From a virus: a DNA stretch of 64,000 nucleotides. The stretch lies in IMG/VR virus record IMGVR_UViG_3300025732_000018, one strand, 5' to 3'. Both the position numbers and the translations under genes were made by a program. This document shows, in pieces, positions 47,401-55,684 of this stretch. The notes under the pieces were generated by a model that saw only the letters and a program-made list of their open reading frames with translations, was not told the origin of the DNA and made no database searches. Numbering within the stretch: position 1 is the first letter of the stretch; the number at the start of each line of letters is the position of its first letter.

Positions 47401-47811
47401 GGCGGTAACGCTAACACCGCGGCTACCTTCGTGTACGACAAGACCAACGGCAGGGTCGGTGTGGGAACTGCCTCGCCGGCGGCCACGATCGACGTGACCG
47501 GAAACTATGGCATGAACATCGTCACTGTCACTGCGTCGGACATCGACTGCTCTCAGGGCAACTACTTCACTAAGACTGCATCTGGAGCTCTGACGTGGAC
47601 CTTCTCTAACGTACCGGCTTCTAGGGCGGTGCTCGTGATCCTCGAGCTCACCAACGGTGGCACCGGAACTCAGACCTGGCCGGCGTCTGTTAAGTGGCCA
47701 GGTGGAACGGCACCAGTTCTAACGGTGTCTGGAGTAGACGTCATAACGTTCCTAACTGACGACAGCGGCACGACGTGGCGCGGTAACCCGACCATGTTGG
47801 ACAGCAAGTAA
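44452..47811 (+). CDS. Collagen-like fibre protein 2
   Basis: GYTGS Gly-X-Y repeats. Shares two inserts and the C-terminal 'DCSQGNYFTKT...LELTNGG...SGTTWRG' domain with fibre 1 but has a different N-terminus. Confidence 0.85.
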   Translation: MADTIWDYSGSVQELIDLYNSWSTLPLEEQAAKEGTRFLITGDGFTNGAGAWFDWGLDGGIIWVYSITPSWWVWYNNEKVTTSPFGSTLPGYAADVVYMLNAVGLPGSTSAFPSNTPRYSFWGEARVQGYTGSRGMIGYTGTIGFAGSIGYAGSRGYTGSSGYTGSASTFPGYTGSQGYTGSAIVGSRGYTGSASTVIGYTGSIGYTGSKGVQGIQGNTGYTGSEGPPNGYTGSRGSTGYTGSVGYSGSLGYTGSRGLTGFSGSGFAGSQGYTGSLGYTGSQGYSGSAGFTGSASTAPGYTGSIGYTGSAGYTGSRGLTGIQGDQGLAGYTGSVGESLQPDEVGPLSGRSAYDTQAKGFAYLATDTDSIYYKLSATSGDWSDPIALLRGFTGSQGFTGSFGFTGSVGFVGSLGYTGSIGYTGSIGYTGSQGFTGSKGFTGSASEIPGYSGSRGFTGSVGFVGSQGVQGWTGSQGPPDGYTGSRGYTGSLGSLGYTGSIGYTGSQGIRGYTGSVGFVGSASTTPGYTGSKGDSGYTGSKGDIGYTGYTGSKGDPDGYTGSTGAQGYTGSRGFGYSGVASSTNINASGTGNKTWVMNQSYTQNAFEPGMRVRMICVDDPNVSNEGNIVSYVGTNLTISVDAVDGAGFQNNWILAATGRVGYLGYSGSRGYTGSVGFTGSVGFVGSVGFAGSRGYTGSQGDIGYTGSASTVAGPLGYTGSQGYSGSRGDTGATGFVGSQGDLGYTGSRGFGGSQGYAGSRGFTGSIGDTGYTGSASSTPGYTGSLGYTGSRGYNGSQGDIGYTGSLGYTGSQGPIGYVGSASTEIGPTGYTGSIGYTGSRGYAGSIGDTGFTGSFGTTGYTGSFGFTGSKGDIGYSGSASTVPGYTGSLGYTGSQGDIGYTGSASTVAGPTGYSGSQGDIGYTGSKGFTGSFGNTGYTGSAGAGFTGSQGDTGFTGSGGYTGSFGYTGSAGSFVVPGTNTQVVFNDGGNANTAATFVYDKTNGRVGVGTASPAATIDVTGNYGMNIVTVTASDIDCSQGNYFTKTASGALTWTFSNVPASRAVLVILELTNGGTGTQTWPASVKWPGGTAPVLTVSGVDVITFLTDDSGTTWRGNPTMLDSK

Positions 47812-47823
47812 CAGGTAGAAGAG

Positions 47824-48321
47824 ATGGCTAGATACGCTTACGTAGATAACAACGAGATAGTAGAGCTAGTAGATCAGCTACCGAAGAGCTGGAAGAACTA
47901 CAGCAACTTTGATCTTATGGACCCTCAGTCCCTATTCGAGCTGGGTTGGCTTCCGGTCGACGAGTCTCAGGTAGTCGTACCCCCGTTCAACGGACTAGCA
48001 GAGAGAGCCGTAGTCAACTACGAGATCACTCCGTCTGGTGTTAGAGCGTTCGTGACGATAGTTCCTCATGACTCGACGTCGGAGCAGGAGGTCAGACAGG
48101 CCTACATGGCCGCTCTGAGAGACAGAAGAAACTCGAAGCTGCAGCAGTGTGACTGGACTGTGCTTCCCGACTCCATAGAGTCTAGAGGACAGCAGTGGAA
48201 GGAGCAGTGGGCCTCCTACAGGCAGACGCTGAGAGACTTTCCGTCGTTCTACGAGACAGTTCCTCTCAGCGATCTACCGGACATCGACTCTATTCTATGG
48301 CCTATTCCCCCAGCGGTTTAA
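47824..48321 (+). CDS. Tail fibre assembly chaperone 2
   Basis: 'RDRRNSKLQQCDWTVLPD...WASYRQTLRDFP...WPIPP'; paralogue of 33726-34208. Confidence 0.8.
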   Translation: MARYAYVDNNEIVELVDQLPKSWKNYSNFDLMDPQSLFELGWLPVDESQVVVPPFNGLAERAVVNYEITPSGVRAFVTIVPHDSTSEQEVRQAYMAALRDRRNSKLQQCDWTVLPDSIESRGQQWKEQWASYRQTLRDFPSFYETVPLSDLPDIDSILWPIPPAV

Positions 48322-48337
48322 TATCGAGAACTAACAG

Positions 48338-50701
48338 ATGCTGATCCTTGGCTCAGGAATTATGAGAAAGAAAGTTCAGAGTGACTCTCTGTTCGGGGCC
48401 GGCTATAGTACTTGGTATAGTCTCGGAAACAGCTTTGATGGTGCTAGAAGCTCTCCAGTCGCGGTGACTGCAGCCGGAAACCCTCTGATCTACAAGTCTT
48501 GGAAGACTGTTACTGGAACTAACGGAAACACCGCGGCGTTAAACAGCGTCGGAGAGCTCTACGTCTGGGGTGACAATAACTTTGGACAGTGGGGAAACAA
48601 GACTGCAGGAAATACGAGTCTAGCTCAGCCTGGATTTGACAGAGCGACGCATAGGTCTAGCCCTACGCTGGTTCCCTCTACAGGAAGTTGGACAGTAATT
48701 TCTGTCGGAGGTTACTCGGGGGAAGAGTATAGAGAAGTATGCAATACTGGAATCTACGACCCTAGCGCTCACGTTGCAGGGATCAAGTCAGACGGGACTC
48801 TCTGGACCTGGGGTTACGGGATCTACGGTAAGCTTGGAGCTGGAAACACTTTTAGCAGGTCTTCTCCTACTCAGCTTGGAACTAAGACTGACTGGGTAGA
48901 CGTTGCGTGCGGACCGGAGTTTACGATAGCGTGCGACTCTGCGGGTGACTTGTACGCGTGGGGACACAACTACAGAGGTCAGCTCGGTGACGGAACTACT
49001 ATCGACAGGTCTTCACCGGTCCTCGTGTCCTCAGTTAGAAACTACACCAAGGTCTACGCATCTGGGATGAAGTCGTTCGCAGTCGACGACACTAATCAGT
49101 TGTACTGGGCAGGAGCCGGAGCGAACGCTACATCCCTTGGATACTATCCGACATCAATCGACTCATTGACTCACTCGTCAGTAACCCTTGGAAACAACTT
49201 CTCTAGCGGTTCGATGGGTCCTCAGCACGGTCTGTTCATAAAGACTACCGGCGCTCTATACGCGGCTGGAATCAACGACTACGGGCAGCTTGGTCTCAAC
49301 GACACTTTCAGCAGGTCGAGCTTTGTTCAAGTAGGAGCTGGAACCAACTGGTCAACCGTTATAGTGTCAGCCAGCCACACGCTAGCTCTCAACAACACCG
49401 GGTCTCTGTTCGTCTGGGGAAGAAATAACTACGGACAGCTTGGACTCGGCGACGTCGTGAACAGGTCTTCTCCGACTCTTCTGTCCACCGGCGTCTCTTA
49501 CGTAATGGCTGCTGGATATAACACCTTCTACGTTAAGACCGACGGTACCCTGTGGGCCGTCGGAACCGAGAGATCTGGTCAGCTAGGTAATCAAGACTTA
49601 CTGCTTGACTTTGACACACCACACATCAACAGATCTTCTCCGATTCAGATAGGCTCCGGATTCACGTCTAACATCTTTGGAAAGTCTAACTATCGCGGGG
49701 CTGGAGCTAAGAGCTATATAAACGACGGAAAGCTCTACATGTGGGGTGTCAACGGATACGCGGCTGCGGACGACAACGCTACGAGTTGGACACCATACAA
49801 AAACTTCTGGCTTATGGAGACGAACAGACTCTTCACCAAGGTGCCCGGATCATGGAGTGCTGTATCCATGGGAACTGAGTACGCAGTAGCTATCAAGTCA
49901 GATGGGACCCTATGGTCTTGGGGATCTAATGCATCTTATGGACAGCTTGGAATCAACCTTACTAGCGCAGCAGGAAACAACGGCAGAAGCATACCAGTTC
50001 TAGTATCAAGCGACACGACCTGGAAGAAAGTTCAGGCTGGATTTGGCGGAGCTCTAGCTCTAAAGGGAGCTAGCAGCCCATACAGCCTCTACGGCTGGGG
50101 ATACTACTACATCACGGGTCAGAACAGTTCTATAAACAGAAGCTCTCCGGTGATCATTGGAGCGGCAAACAACTGGAAAGACATAGGCTTCAGTGAGAAT
50201 AGTCTGACGGTCTACGCCGTGGATAAGAACGACAACATCTACGTGTGGGGATACAACAACGTAGGACAGCTAGGCTTAAGCGACACGATCGATCGCTTCA
50301 GTCCTGTGCTACTTGCTACAGGTCAAGCAGGGGCAAAGGTGCAGGCCGGACAGGATCACGGACATATAATTAAGTCCGACGGCTCGCTGTGGTCCACTGG
50401 AAGCAGCGCCTACGGACAGACCGCTCTCGGCTACACTAACGTTTCTAGCTTCACTCAGGTCGGAAGCTCCTCTTGGACAGCGGTAAGCGCCGGCCAGCAA
50501 CACTCTCTAGGCATAGACGCGGCTGGTCGCCTTTTTGCCTGGGGAAGAAACAACTACGGGCAGCTGATGGGTCCGTCTCCAAACATTATCACCTACACGT
50601 ACTCGACGGTTCAAGTCGGGTCTGGCGCTTACGGAAGTTGGACTCTCGTTCGTGCAGCGAGAGACAGCTCGTTCGCCTCAGCTAAGGTAGACATTACTTA
50701 A
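48338..50701 (+). CDS. RCC1-repeat protein 2, putative fibre-tip adhesin
   Basis: About 14 repeats of 'GTLWTWG.N..GQLG....RSSP'. Confidence 0.85.
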   Translation: MLILGSGIMRKKVQSDSLFGAGYSTWYSLGNSFDGARSSPVAVTAAGNPLIYKSWKTVTGTNGNTAALNSVGELYVWGDNNFGQWGNKTAGNTSLAQPGFDRATHRSSPTLVPSTGSWTVISVGGYSGEEYREVCNTGIYDPSAHVAGIKSDGTLWTWGYGIYGKLGAGNTFSRSSPTQLGTKTDWVDVACGPEFTIACDSAGDLYAWGHNYRGQLGDGTTIDRSSPVLVSSVRNYTKVYASGMKSFAVDDTNQLYWAGAGANATSLGYYPTSIDSLTHSSVTLGNNFSSGSMGPQHGLFIKTTGALYAAGINDYGQLGLNDTFSRSSFVQVGAGTNWSTVIVSASHTLALNNTGSLFVWGRNNYGQLGLGDVVNRSSPTLLSTGVSYVMAAGYNTFYVKTDGTLWAVGTERSGQLGNQDLLLDFDTPHINRSSPIQIGSGFTSNIFGKSNYRGAGAKSYINDGKLYMWGVNGYAAADDNATSWTPYKNFWLMETNRLFTKVPGSWSAVSMGTEYAVAIKSDGTLWSWGSNASYGQLGINLTSAAGNNGRSIPVLVSSDTTWKKVQAGFGGALALKGASSPYSLYGWGYYYITGQNSSINRSSPVIIGAANNWKDIGFSENSLTVYAVDKNDNIYVWGYNNVGQLGLSDTIDRFSPVLLATGQAGAKVQAGQDHGHIIKSDGSLWSTGSSAYGQTALGYTNVSSFTQVGSSSWTAVSAGQQHSLGIDAAGRLFAWGRNNYGQLMGPSPNIITYTYSTVQVGSGAYGSWTLVRAARDSSFASAKVDIT

Positions 50702-51473
50702 TCAAGTCGTTGTAGTTGTACTGCGCGCTCGTGAAGTACTGATACTTTCCCTGTAGCTTCAAGGGAAACTTGATTCTCTCTATTCTAGCGCCGGTCCTGC
50801 TAGCTATCGACTCAGCCACCTCTGTGAAGCTCTTAGGCGCAGCAGTACCTACGTCGTAGATTCCTGACTCTTTCTTGCACTCTAGGATAGTCTTCACGAC
50901 GCTGTTGACATGTATAAAGTCACGGTGAGCGCTGTCAGAGTTGTCGAAGATCTTTATGACTCTTGTCTCGTTCGCCTGCTGCATGAACTTGTAGTATGGA
51001 CTCGCCTGCTCCCCCTTCGACCCCTCGTTGTCACCGTACACATTGAAAAACCTCATCCCCCTCACGAGCTTGAACCTGCTCATGTTGTCCTCGACCCAGG
51101 CGTCGACGGTAGCCTTGGTCATGGCGTAGTAGTTAAGCGGGTTTATCCTGTACTGCTTTCCCTCACATGTGTTGCCATAGACCGACCCAGAGCTCGCGTA
51201 TGTGACCGGGATCTGGTAGTCGATCGCCTTCTCAAAGAGCCTGATGCTGAAGTCCACGTTGTGCGCGTGCAAGAGGTTAATGTCCTTGCAGGTCGTGTCT
51301 GATATTGCTCCGAGGTGATAGATCTCGTCGACGTTCTCCCACTCTATCGCGTCTAGGATGGTAAAGATGTCTGGGAGAGTGTTCGTCAGCGTGTCGTAGC
51401 AGGCGACCTGACCGTCAAGCTTTGCCAGCAGGTTCCTTCCAATGAATCCACAGTTACCGGTGACAAACTTCAT
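50694..51473 (-). CDS. hldD: ADP-L-glycero-D-manno-heptose 6-epimerase-like SDR
   Basis: 'VTGNCGFIG', 'HLGAISDTT', 'YASSGSVYG', 'PLNYYAMTK' (YxxxK), 'RFFNVYG..E..KG', 'GKYQYFT'. Confidence 0.85.
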   Translation of the reverse strand: MKFVTGNCGFIGRNLLAKLDGQVACYDTLTNTLPDIFTILDAIEWENVDEIYHLGAISDTTCKDINLLHAHNVDFSIRLFEKAIDYQIPVTYASSGSVYGNTCEGKQYRINPLNYYAMTKATVDAWVEDNMSRFKLVRGMRFFNVYGDNEGSKGEQASPYYKFMQQANETRVIKIFDNSDSAHRDFIHVNSVVKTILECKKESGIYDVGTAAPKSFTEVAESIASRTGARIERIKFPLKLQGKYQYFTSAQYNYNDLIK

Positions 51474-51789
51474 CTTGGTTGATCTCCCTGTGAGGACCGG
51501 TGAAGTACAGGTCTGCGTTCATGGCCTTGTCGTCTATCCACACGTCGTACGACGGCTTCTTCATCTTCAAGCTAGTGTACCTGCAGCCCCACTCGTGAAG
51601 CTGTCTCTCGGTCAGTTCGCTCCAGTCGATACCAGAGTTTCCGCCGCGCGCGGTCCAGTAGTGGATCTCGTGACCCCAGTCGTACAGCATGTTGAAGTGG
51701 TTGATCCTATCCTTGATGGGCTCGCTCCTCGTGTAGTCAGACCCCTTGGTCCTGCATATGGTCCCGTCGATGTCGACCATGTACCTCAT
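51454..51789 (-). CDS. Small HAD-superfamily phosphatase
   Basis: 'VDIDGTIC' (DxD), 'WTARG', 'KP.YDVWIDDKA'. Confidence 0.8.
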   Translation of the reverse strand: MRYMVDIDGTICRTKGSDYTRSEPIKDRINHFNMLYDWGHEIHYWTARGGNSGIDWSELTERQLHEWGCRYTSLKMKKPSYDVWIDDKAMNADLYFTGPHREINQDEVCHR

Positions 51790-52145
51790 CGCTGAGAGTC
51801 TCCTGGCATCACGCGGTAGTTGTCGGCCGGATCGTCCTGACTTGACACCTCGAAGATGGAGGAGTCGTCCTCTAGAGCCTCGAGCTGGTGAACGAAGCCT
51901 GGCATCACACGCACCACGTGACCCATGACGATAGTCTCTTCTTTGATCTGGGCTGTAGACTGGTCTATGGTTCTAAGGTTGAAAGACCCAGTCACCACCA
52001 TGAAGGTCTCGTCCTTCTTCATGTGATAGTGCATGCTTCCCTTTGAGCCCGCCTTGTCAAACTGAAGTATCTTACCACAGTACAGCTCGTTTGAGGCAAA
52101 TATGATCTCTCTTCCCCATCCTTTTTCTACCGTCTGTCTACTCAT
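51786..52145 (-). CDS. Cupin-fold sugar isomerase-like protein
   Basis: 'KGWGRE...YCGKIL...SMHYHMKKDETF...PGFVHQLEALED..IFEVS' contains the cupin metal motif. Confidence 0.75.
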   Translation of the reverse strand: MSRQTVEKGWGREIIFASNELYCGKILQFDKAGSKGSMHYHMKKDETFMVVTGSFNLRTIDQSTAQIKEETIVMGHVVRVMPGFVHQLEALEDDSSIFEVSSQDDPADNYRVMPGDSQR

Positions 52146-53316
52146 TTCTCATCTTCTCCACGATGTCAGTAGTCGAGAAACCCTCGACGAGTGGTATGAT
52201 TATAACTTCAGCTAGATCGTTGCCTACTACGGTAGACACCTGATAGTCGCCTCCCTTGGTGATGATTGACGGCTGTACGCTCTTGATTAGCTCGAGCGGA
52301 GTGTCCTCATCGAAGATGATCACCTCGTCGACCCACTTGATCGCCTCGAGTGCGGCCTTCCTAGACTCCTGGTCATTGATGGGTCTGCACATTCCTTTAA
52401 GCCTGCGAACGCTCTCGTCGCTGTTGATCCCCACTACGAGTCTGTCTCCCATGTCGCGAGACTTCTTAAGTAACTCGATGTGCCCACGGTGCAGGATGTC
52501 GAAGCAGCCGTTGGTGAAGACTACCTTAGGACGCGCCTTAGCTATGTCCTCGGCAGTAAGCTTGTACGTGCCGAAGCGAGTGACTGATATCGTGGCCAGG
52601 GTGGTGGCCTGATGAAGCGCCGTGGCGAGATCCTTTCCTGCAGCCAGAGCTGATACCATTCCGGCAGTCACCACGTCTCCCGCTCCAGTGACGTCGGCCA
52701 CCTCTACCTTCTCGGTCGGGAAGTGTCCAACTGACCCGTCCTTGCTATAGGTGTATATTCCGTCGGATCCAGCCGTCACCACTAGGTTCTCGATGTCATA
52801 GTACTTTAAGACGTCGAGTGCCTCATAACCCTCGACGCCACTCTTCTTGAGTTCCTGCTTGTTCATCTTGACCATCCAGGCTCCGGAGCACTCTTGCAGG
52901 ACTCCCTTGGTATCTACGATAACGCGACTCCCTCTCTCGCTGTAGTACTCGATCAGATCTTCTACTGAAGTGATTGTGCCCTTTAGATAGTCTACCAAGA
53001 CGACGTAGTCGTAGTGCTTGTCAGACTTAAATGAGCTTGTCGGGTGACTGTCGGTGGCGTCGTCGTCACACCTGAAGACTATCTTGTTGTCGCAGACGTA
53101 CCGAGTCTTAAACGAGGTGCTACCCGTCATGATGTCGGGTCTACACCCTAGAGCCTTGAGGTTCTCGTATACGTTGTATACCCCTCCAGACTTACTGGTC
53201 TCTCTGATCTGATAGAAGATTGGGATAGGAGCCTCGGCAGAGACCCTCTCGGTTCCACAGTAGACGTATCGGTCTAGTATGGCGTCTCCGATCACTAGAA
53301 CATTCATGTCGCTCAC
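52138..53316 (-). CDS. hldE: Bifunctional heptose kinase / nucleotidyltransferase
   Basis: 'VIGDAILDRY...RVSAEAPIP', 'DYLKG', 'DVTGAGDVV' (PfkB kinase); 'VFTNGCFDILHRGH...GINSDESVRRLKG..RPIN...KGGDY...STT'. Likely start is the ATG at 53307. Confidence 0.9.
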   Translation of the reverse strand: MSDMNVLVIGDAILDRYVYCGTERVSAEAPIPIFYQIRETSKSGGVYNVYENLKALGCRPDIMTGSTSFKTRYVCDNKIVFRCDDDATDSHPTSSFKSDKHYDYVVLVDYLKGTITSVEDLIEYYSERGSRVIVDTKGVLQECSGAWMVKMNKQELKKSGVEGYEALDVLKYYDIENLVVTAGSDGIYTYSKDGSVGHFPTEKVEVADVTGAGDVVTAGMVSALAAGKDLATALHQATTLATISVTRFGTYKLTAEDIAKARPKVVFTNGCFDILHRGHIELLKKSRDMGDRLVVGINSDESVRRLKGMCRPINDQESRKAALEAIKWVDEVIIFDEDTPLELIKSVQPSIITKGGDYQVSTVVGNDLAEVIIIPLVEGFSTTDIVEKMRNE

Positions 53317-53318
53317 CT

Positions 53319-53343
53319 TATAAATACCACGGATCTATTTATC
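53319..53343. promoter_or_regulatory. Face-to-face bidirectional late promoter cassette
   Basis: TATAAATA (+, 53319-53326), 9-nt spacer, TATTTATC (53336-53343), between hldE and gp13. Confidence 0.75.
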
Positions 53344-53363
53344 GCTTTACAGAAGAGGCTCAG

Positions 53364-54101
53364 ATGGCCGTTCCCACTACCAGAGAAGAGTTCAAGCTCA
53401 ACTGCCTCCGCCGCTGCGGTTACCCAGTTATCGAGATCAACGTCGACGACGACCAGATAGAGGACCGAATCGACGAGGCCCTGTCTAAGTACTGGGACTA
53501 CCATTTTGACGGTACAGAAAAATTATACTACAAGTACGAGCTAACGTCAACTGATATTGATAACCAGTACATAACTATTCCTGAGAACATCATCGGGGTG
53601 GTCAACCTCTTTGACATCGGAAGCTCGCTCAGTACCAACAACCTGTTCAACATCAGGTACCAGATAGCCCTGAACGACCTCTACACGCTGACCTCGACCA
53701 GCATGGTCCCGTACTACATGGCCATGCAGCACATCCAGCACCTGGAGCAGCTCTTAGTAGGAAAGCAGCCGATCAGGTACAACCGCCACAGGAACAGGCT
53801 CCACATCGACATGGACTGGAAGAAGGTGGACGTCGGTTACTTCATCGTCGCCGAGTGCTACCAGATCGTAGACCCGACCGAGTTCACCAACGTCTGGAAA
53901 GACACCTGGCTCCAGAAGTACGCGGCGGCCCTCATCAAGAGGCAGTGGGGAACCAACCTGACCAAGTTCAGCGGAATGGTCTTGCCAGGTGGCGTGACCT
54001 TCAACGGCGAGAAGATCTACGACGACGCAAACGCGGCGGTAGAGAAGATAGAGGCCGAGCTTCTAGACTACTCGCTTCCAGTCTCAGACATGATAGGCTG
54101 A
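53364..54101 (+). CDS. gp13: Neck protein gp13
   Basis: 'CLRRCGYPVIEINVDDDQIEDRIDEAL..YWDYHFDG...KRQWGTNLTKFSGMVLPGGVTFNG'. Confidence 0.93.
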   Translation: MAVPTTREEFKLNCLRRCGYPVIEINVDDDQIEDRIDEALSKYWDYHFDGTEKLYYKYELTSTDIDNQYITIPENIIGVVNLFDIGSSLSTNNLFNIRYQIALNDLYTLTSTSMVPYYMAMQHIQHLEQLLVGKQPIRYNRHRNRLHIDMDWKKVDVGYFIVAECYQIVDPTEFTNVWKDTWLQKYAAALIKRQWGTNLTKFSGMVLPGGVTFNGEKIYDDANAAVEKIEAELLDYSLPVSDMIG

Positions 54102-54107
54102 TTCTAG

Positions 54108-54839
54108 ATGGTCACCTCGACGTTCTTCAACAACTACAACAACTTTGCTGAGCAGGGTCTCATCGAGGACTTGATCGTCGAGAGCATCAAGATCTACGGA
54201 ACCGACATCTACTACATGCCTAGAAGGAACGTTAACGTCGACGGCGTCCTGAACGAGCCTGAGTACTACGTGCTGCAGGACTACTGCATGCTCGAGATCT
54301 ACATAAAGAACACTCAGGGCTTTGAGGGCGAGGGTGACTTCATGTCGAAGTTCGGTCTCGAGGTCCGCGAGGAGCTCACGGTCAGCGTCGCCAGAAGGTC
54401 GTGGCTTCAGGACCTAGGACAGCAGTTCGGTTTCATAAGGCCTCGAGAGGGAGACGTCATCTACATGCCAATGACGCAGGACCTGTTCAGCGTCAGGTTC
54501 GTCGAGGACAAGTCTGTCTTCTACCAGATGGGCGCGCTGCAGATGTGGGACCTCTACCTCGAGAAGTTTGAGTACTCCAACGAGGTGTTCAACACCGGGG
54601 TGCCGGAGGTCGACAACGCCGGTAACGCCTACGCGACTGACACGCTTCTCAACCTTGTCACCGAGAGCGCTCTTGACAGGATAACCACGGAGTCTGGAGA
54701 CTTCATCGACCTCAACGAGGTGGAGGCTTCGCTCGACCTTCTAGATCCTAACGCTCAGAACGACGAGTTCCAGACCGAGTCGAACAACATACTTGACTTC
54801 ACTGAAAAAGACCCGTTCAGTGAGGGAGGAATCTACTAA
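54108..54839 (+). CDS. gp14: Neck protein gp14
   Basis: 'EQGLIEDLIVESIKIYG..IYYMPR...GFEGEGDFMSKFGLE...RPREGDVIY'. Confidence 0.93.
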   Translation: MVTSTFFNNYNNFAEQGLIEDLIVESIKIYGTDIYYMPRRNVNVDGVLNEPEYYVLQDYCMLEIYIKNTQGFEGEGDFMSKFGLEVREELTVSVARRSWLQDLGQQFGFIRPREGDVIYMPMTQDLFSVRFVEDKSVFYQMGALQMWDLYLEKFEYSNEVFNTGVPEVDNAGNAYATDTLLNLVTESALDRITTESGDFIDLNEVEASLDLLDPNAQNDEFQTESNNILDFTEKDPFSEGGIY

Positions 54840-55684
54840 TGCTAGGACATAACTTCTACCACGGTCTGACCAGGAAGTACGTCATCCTCTTTGGTACTCT
54901 CTTCAACGACATCTACATATACAGGCAGGACACGCAGGGCGGCGGAAACACTCAGAAGATAAAAGTTCCGATAGCGTACGGACCTCGAGAGAAGTTCCTG
55001 GCTCGCGTCAACGAGGACCCGACCATCAACAGGCCGGTGGCGATCAGGCTGCCTAGGATGGGGTTCGAGATCACCGGCATCAACTACGCTCCGAACAGGG
55101 CTATCTCTAGGGCCGGAAAGTTCAAGTCGAAGATACTCGCCGACGACGAGACGCAGTACTCGAACGTATTCAACCCGTCGCCTTACGACATCAACTTCCA
55201 ACTGTCGATCATGGTGAAGACTAACGAGGACGGCTCGAGGATAATCGAGCAGATCCTTCCTTACTTCAGGCCGGAGTTCAGCATCACAGCAAAGCTCCTG
55301 GACGACTTCCCAGACCTTAAGCTTGACATACCGGTAGTTCTAAACTCGGTGTCTCTCGACGACACCTATGACTCCGACTTCCTGTCAAGGAGAAGTCTGA
55401 CGTTCGTTCTAGACTTCACGATGAAGGCCATGTACTTCGGTCCGGTCATACAGGAGAAGATCATCAAGGTCGCGCAGGTTCCAGTCTACACCGACGCGGC
55501 GATTCAAGCGGACATACAGGCAGACCCACCGACCCAGTACAGTCAGAAGGTCACCACTCAGCCAGGTCTGACCGCCGAGGGTCAGCCAACCACCGTGCTC
55601 GCCGACAGCATAGACCCGCTGCTGATCGACGAGGTAGATAACTATGCATACATCGTGACCACGGAGGAACCTAATGTCGCGTGA
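54839..55684 (+). CDS. gp15: Tail sheath stabiliser / terminator gp15
   Basis: 'FYHGLTRKYVILFGTLFNDI...KVPIAYGPREKFLAR...LPRMGFE...IIEQILPYF'. Confidence 0.93.
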   Translation: MLGHNFYHGLTRKYVILFGTLFNDIYIYRQDTQGGGNTQKIKVPIAYGPREKFLARVNEDPTINRPVAIRLPRMGFEITGINYAPNRAISRAGKFKSKILADDETQYSNVFNPSPYDINFQLSIMVKTNEDGSRIIEQILPYFRPEFSITAKLLDDFPDLKLDIPVVLNSVSLDDTYDSDFLSRRSLTFVLDFTMKAMYFGPVIQEKIIKVAQVPVYTDAAIQADIQADPPTQYSQKVTTQPGLTAEGQPTTVLADSIDPLLIDEVDNYAYIVTTEEPNVA

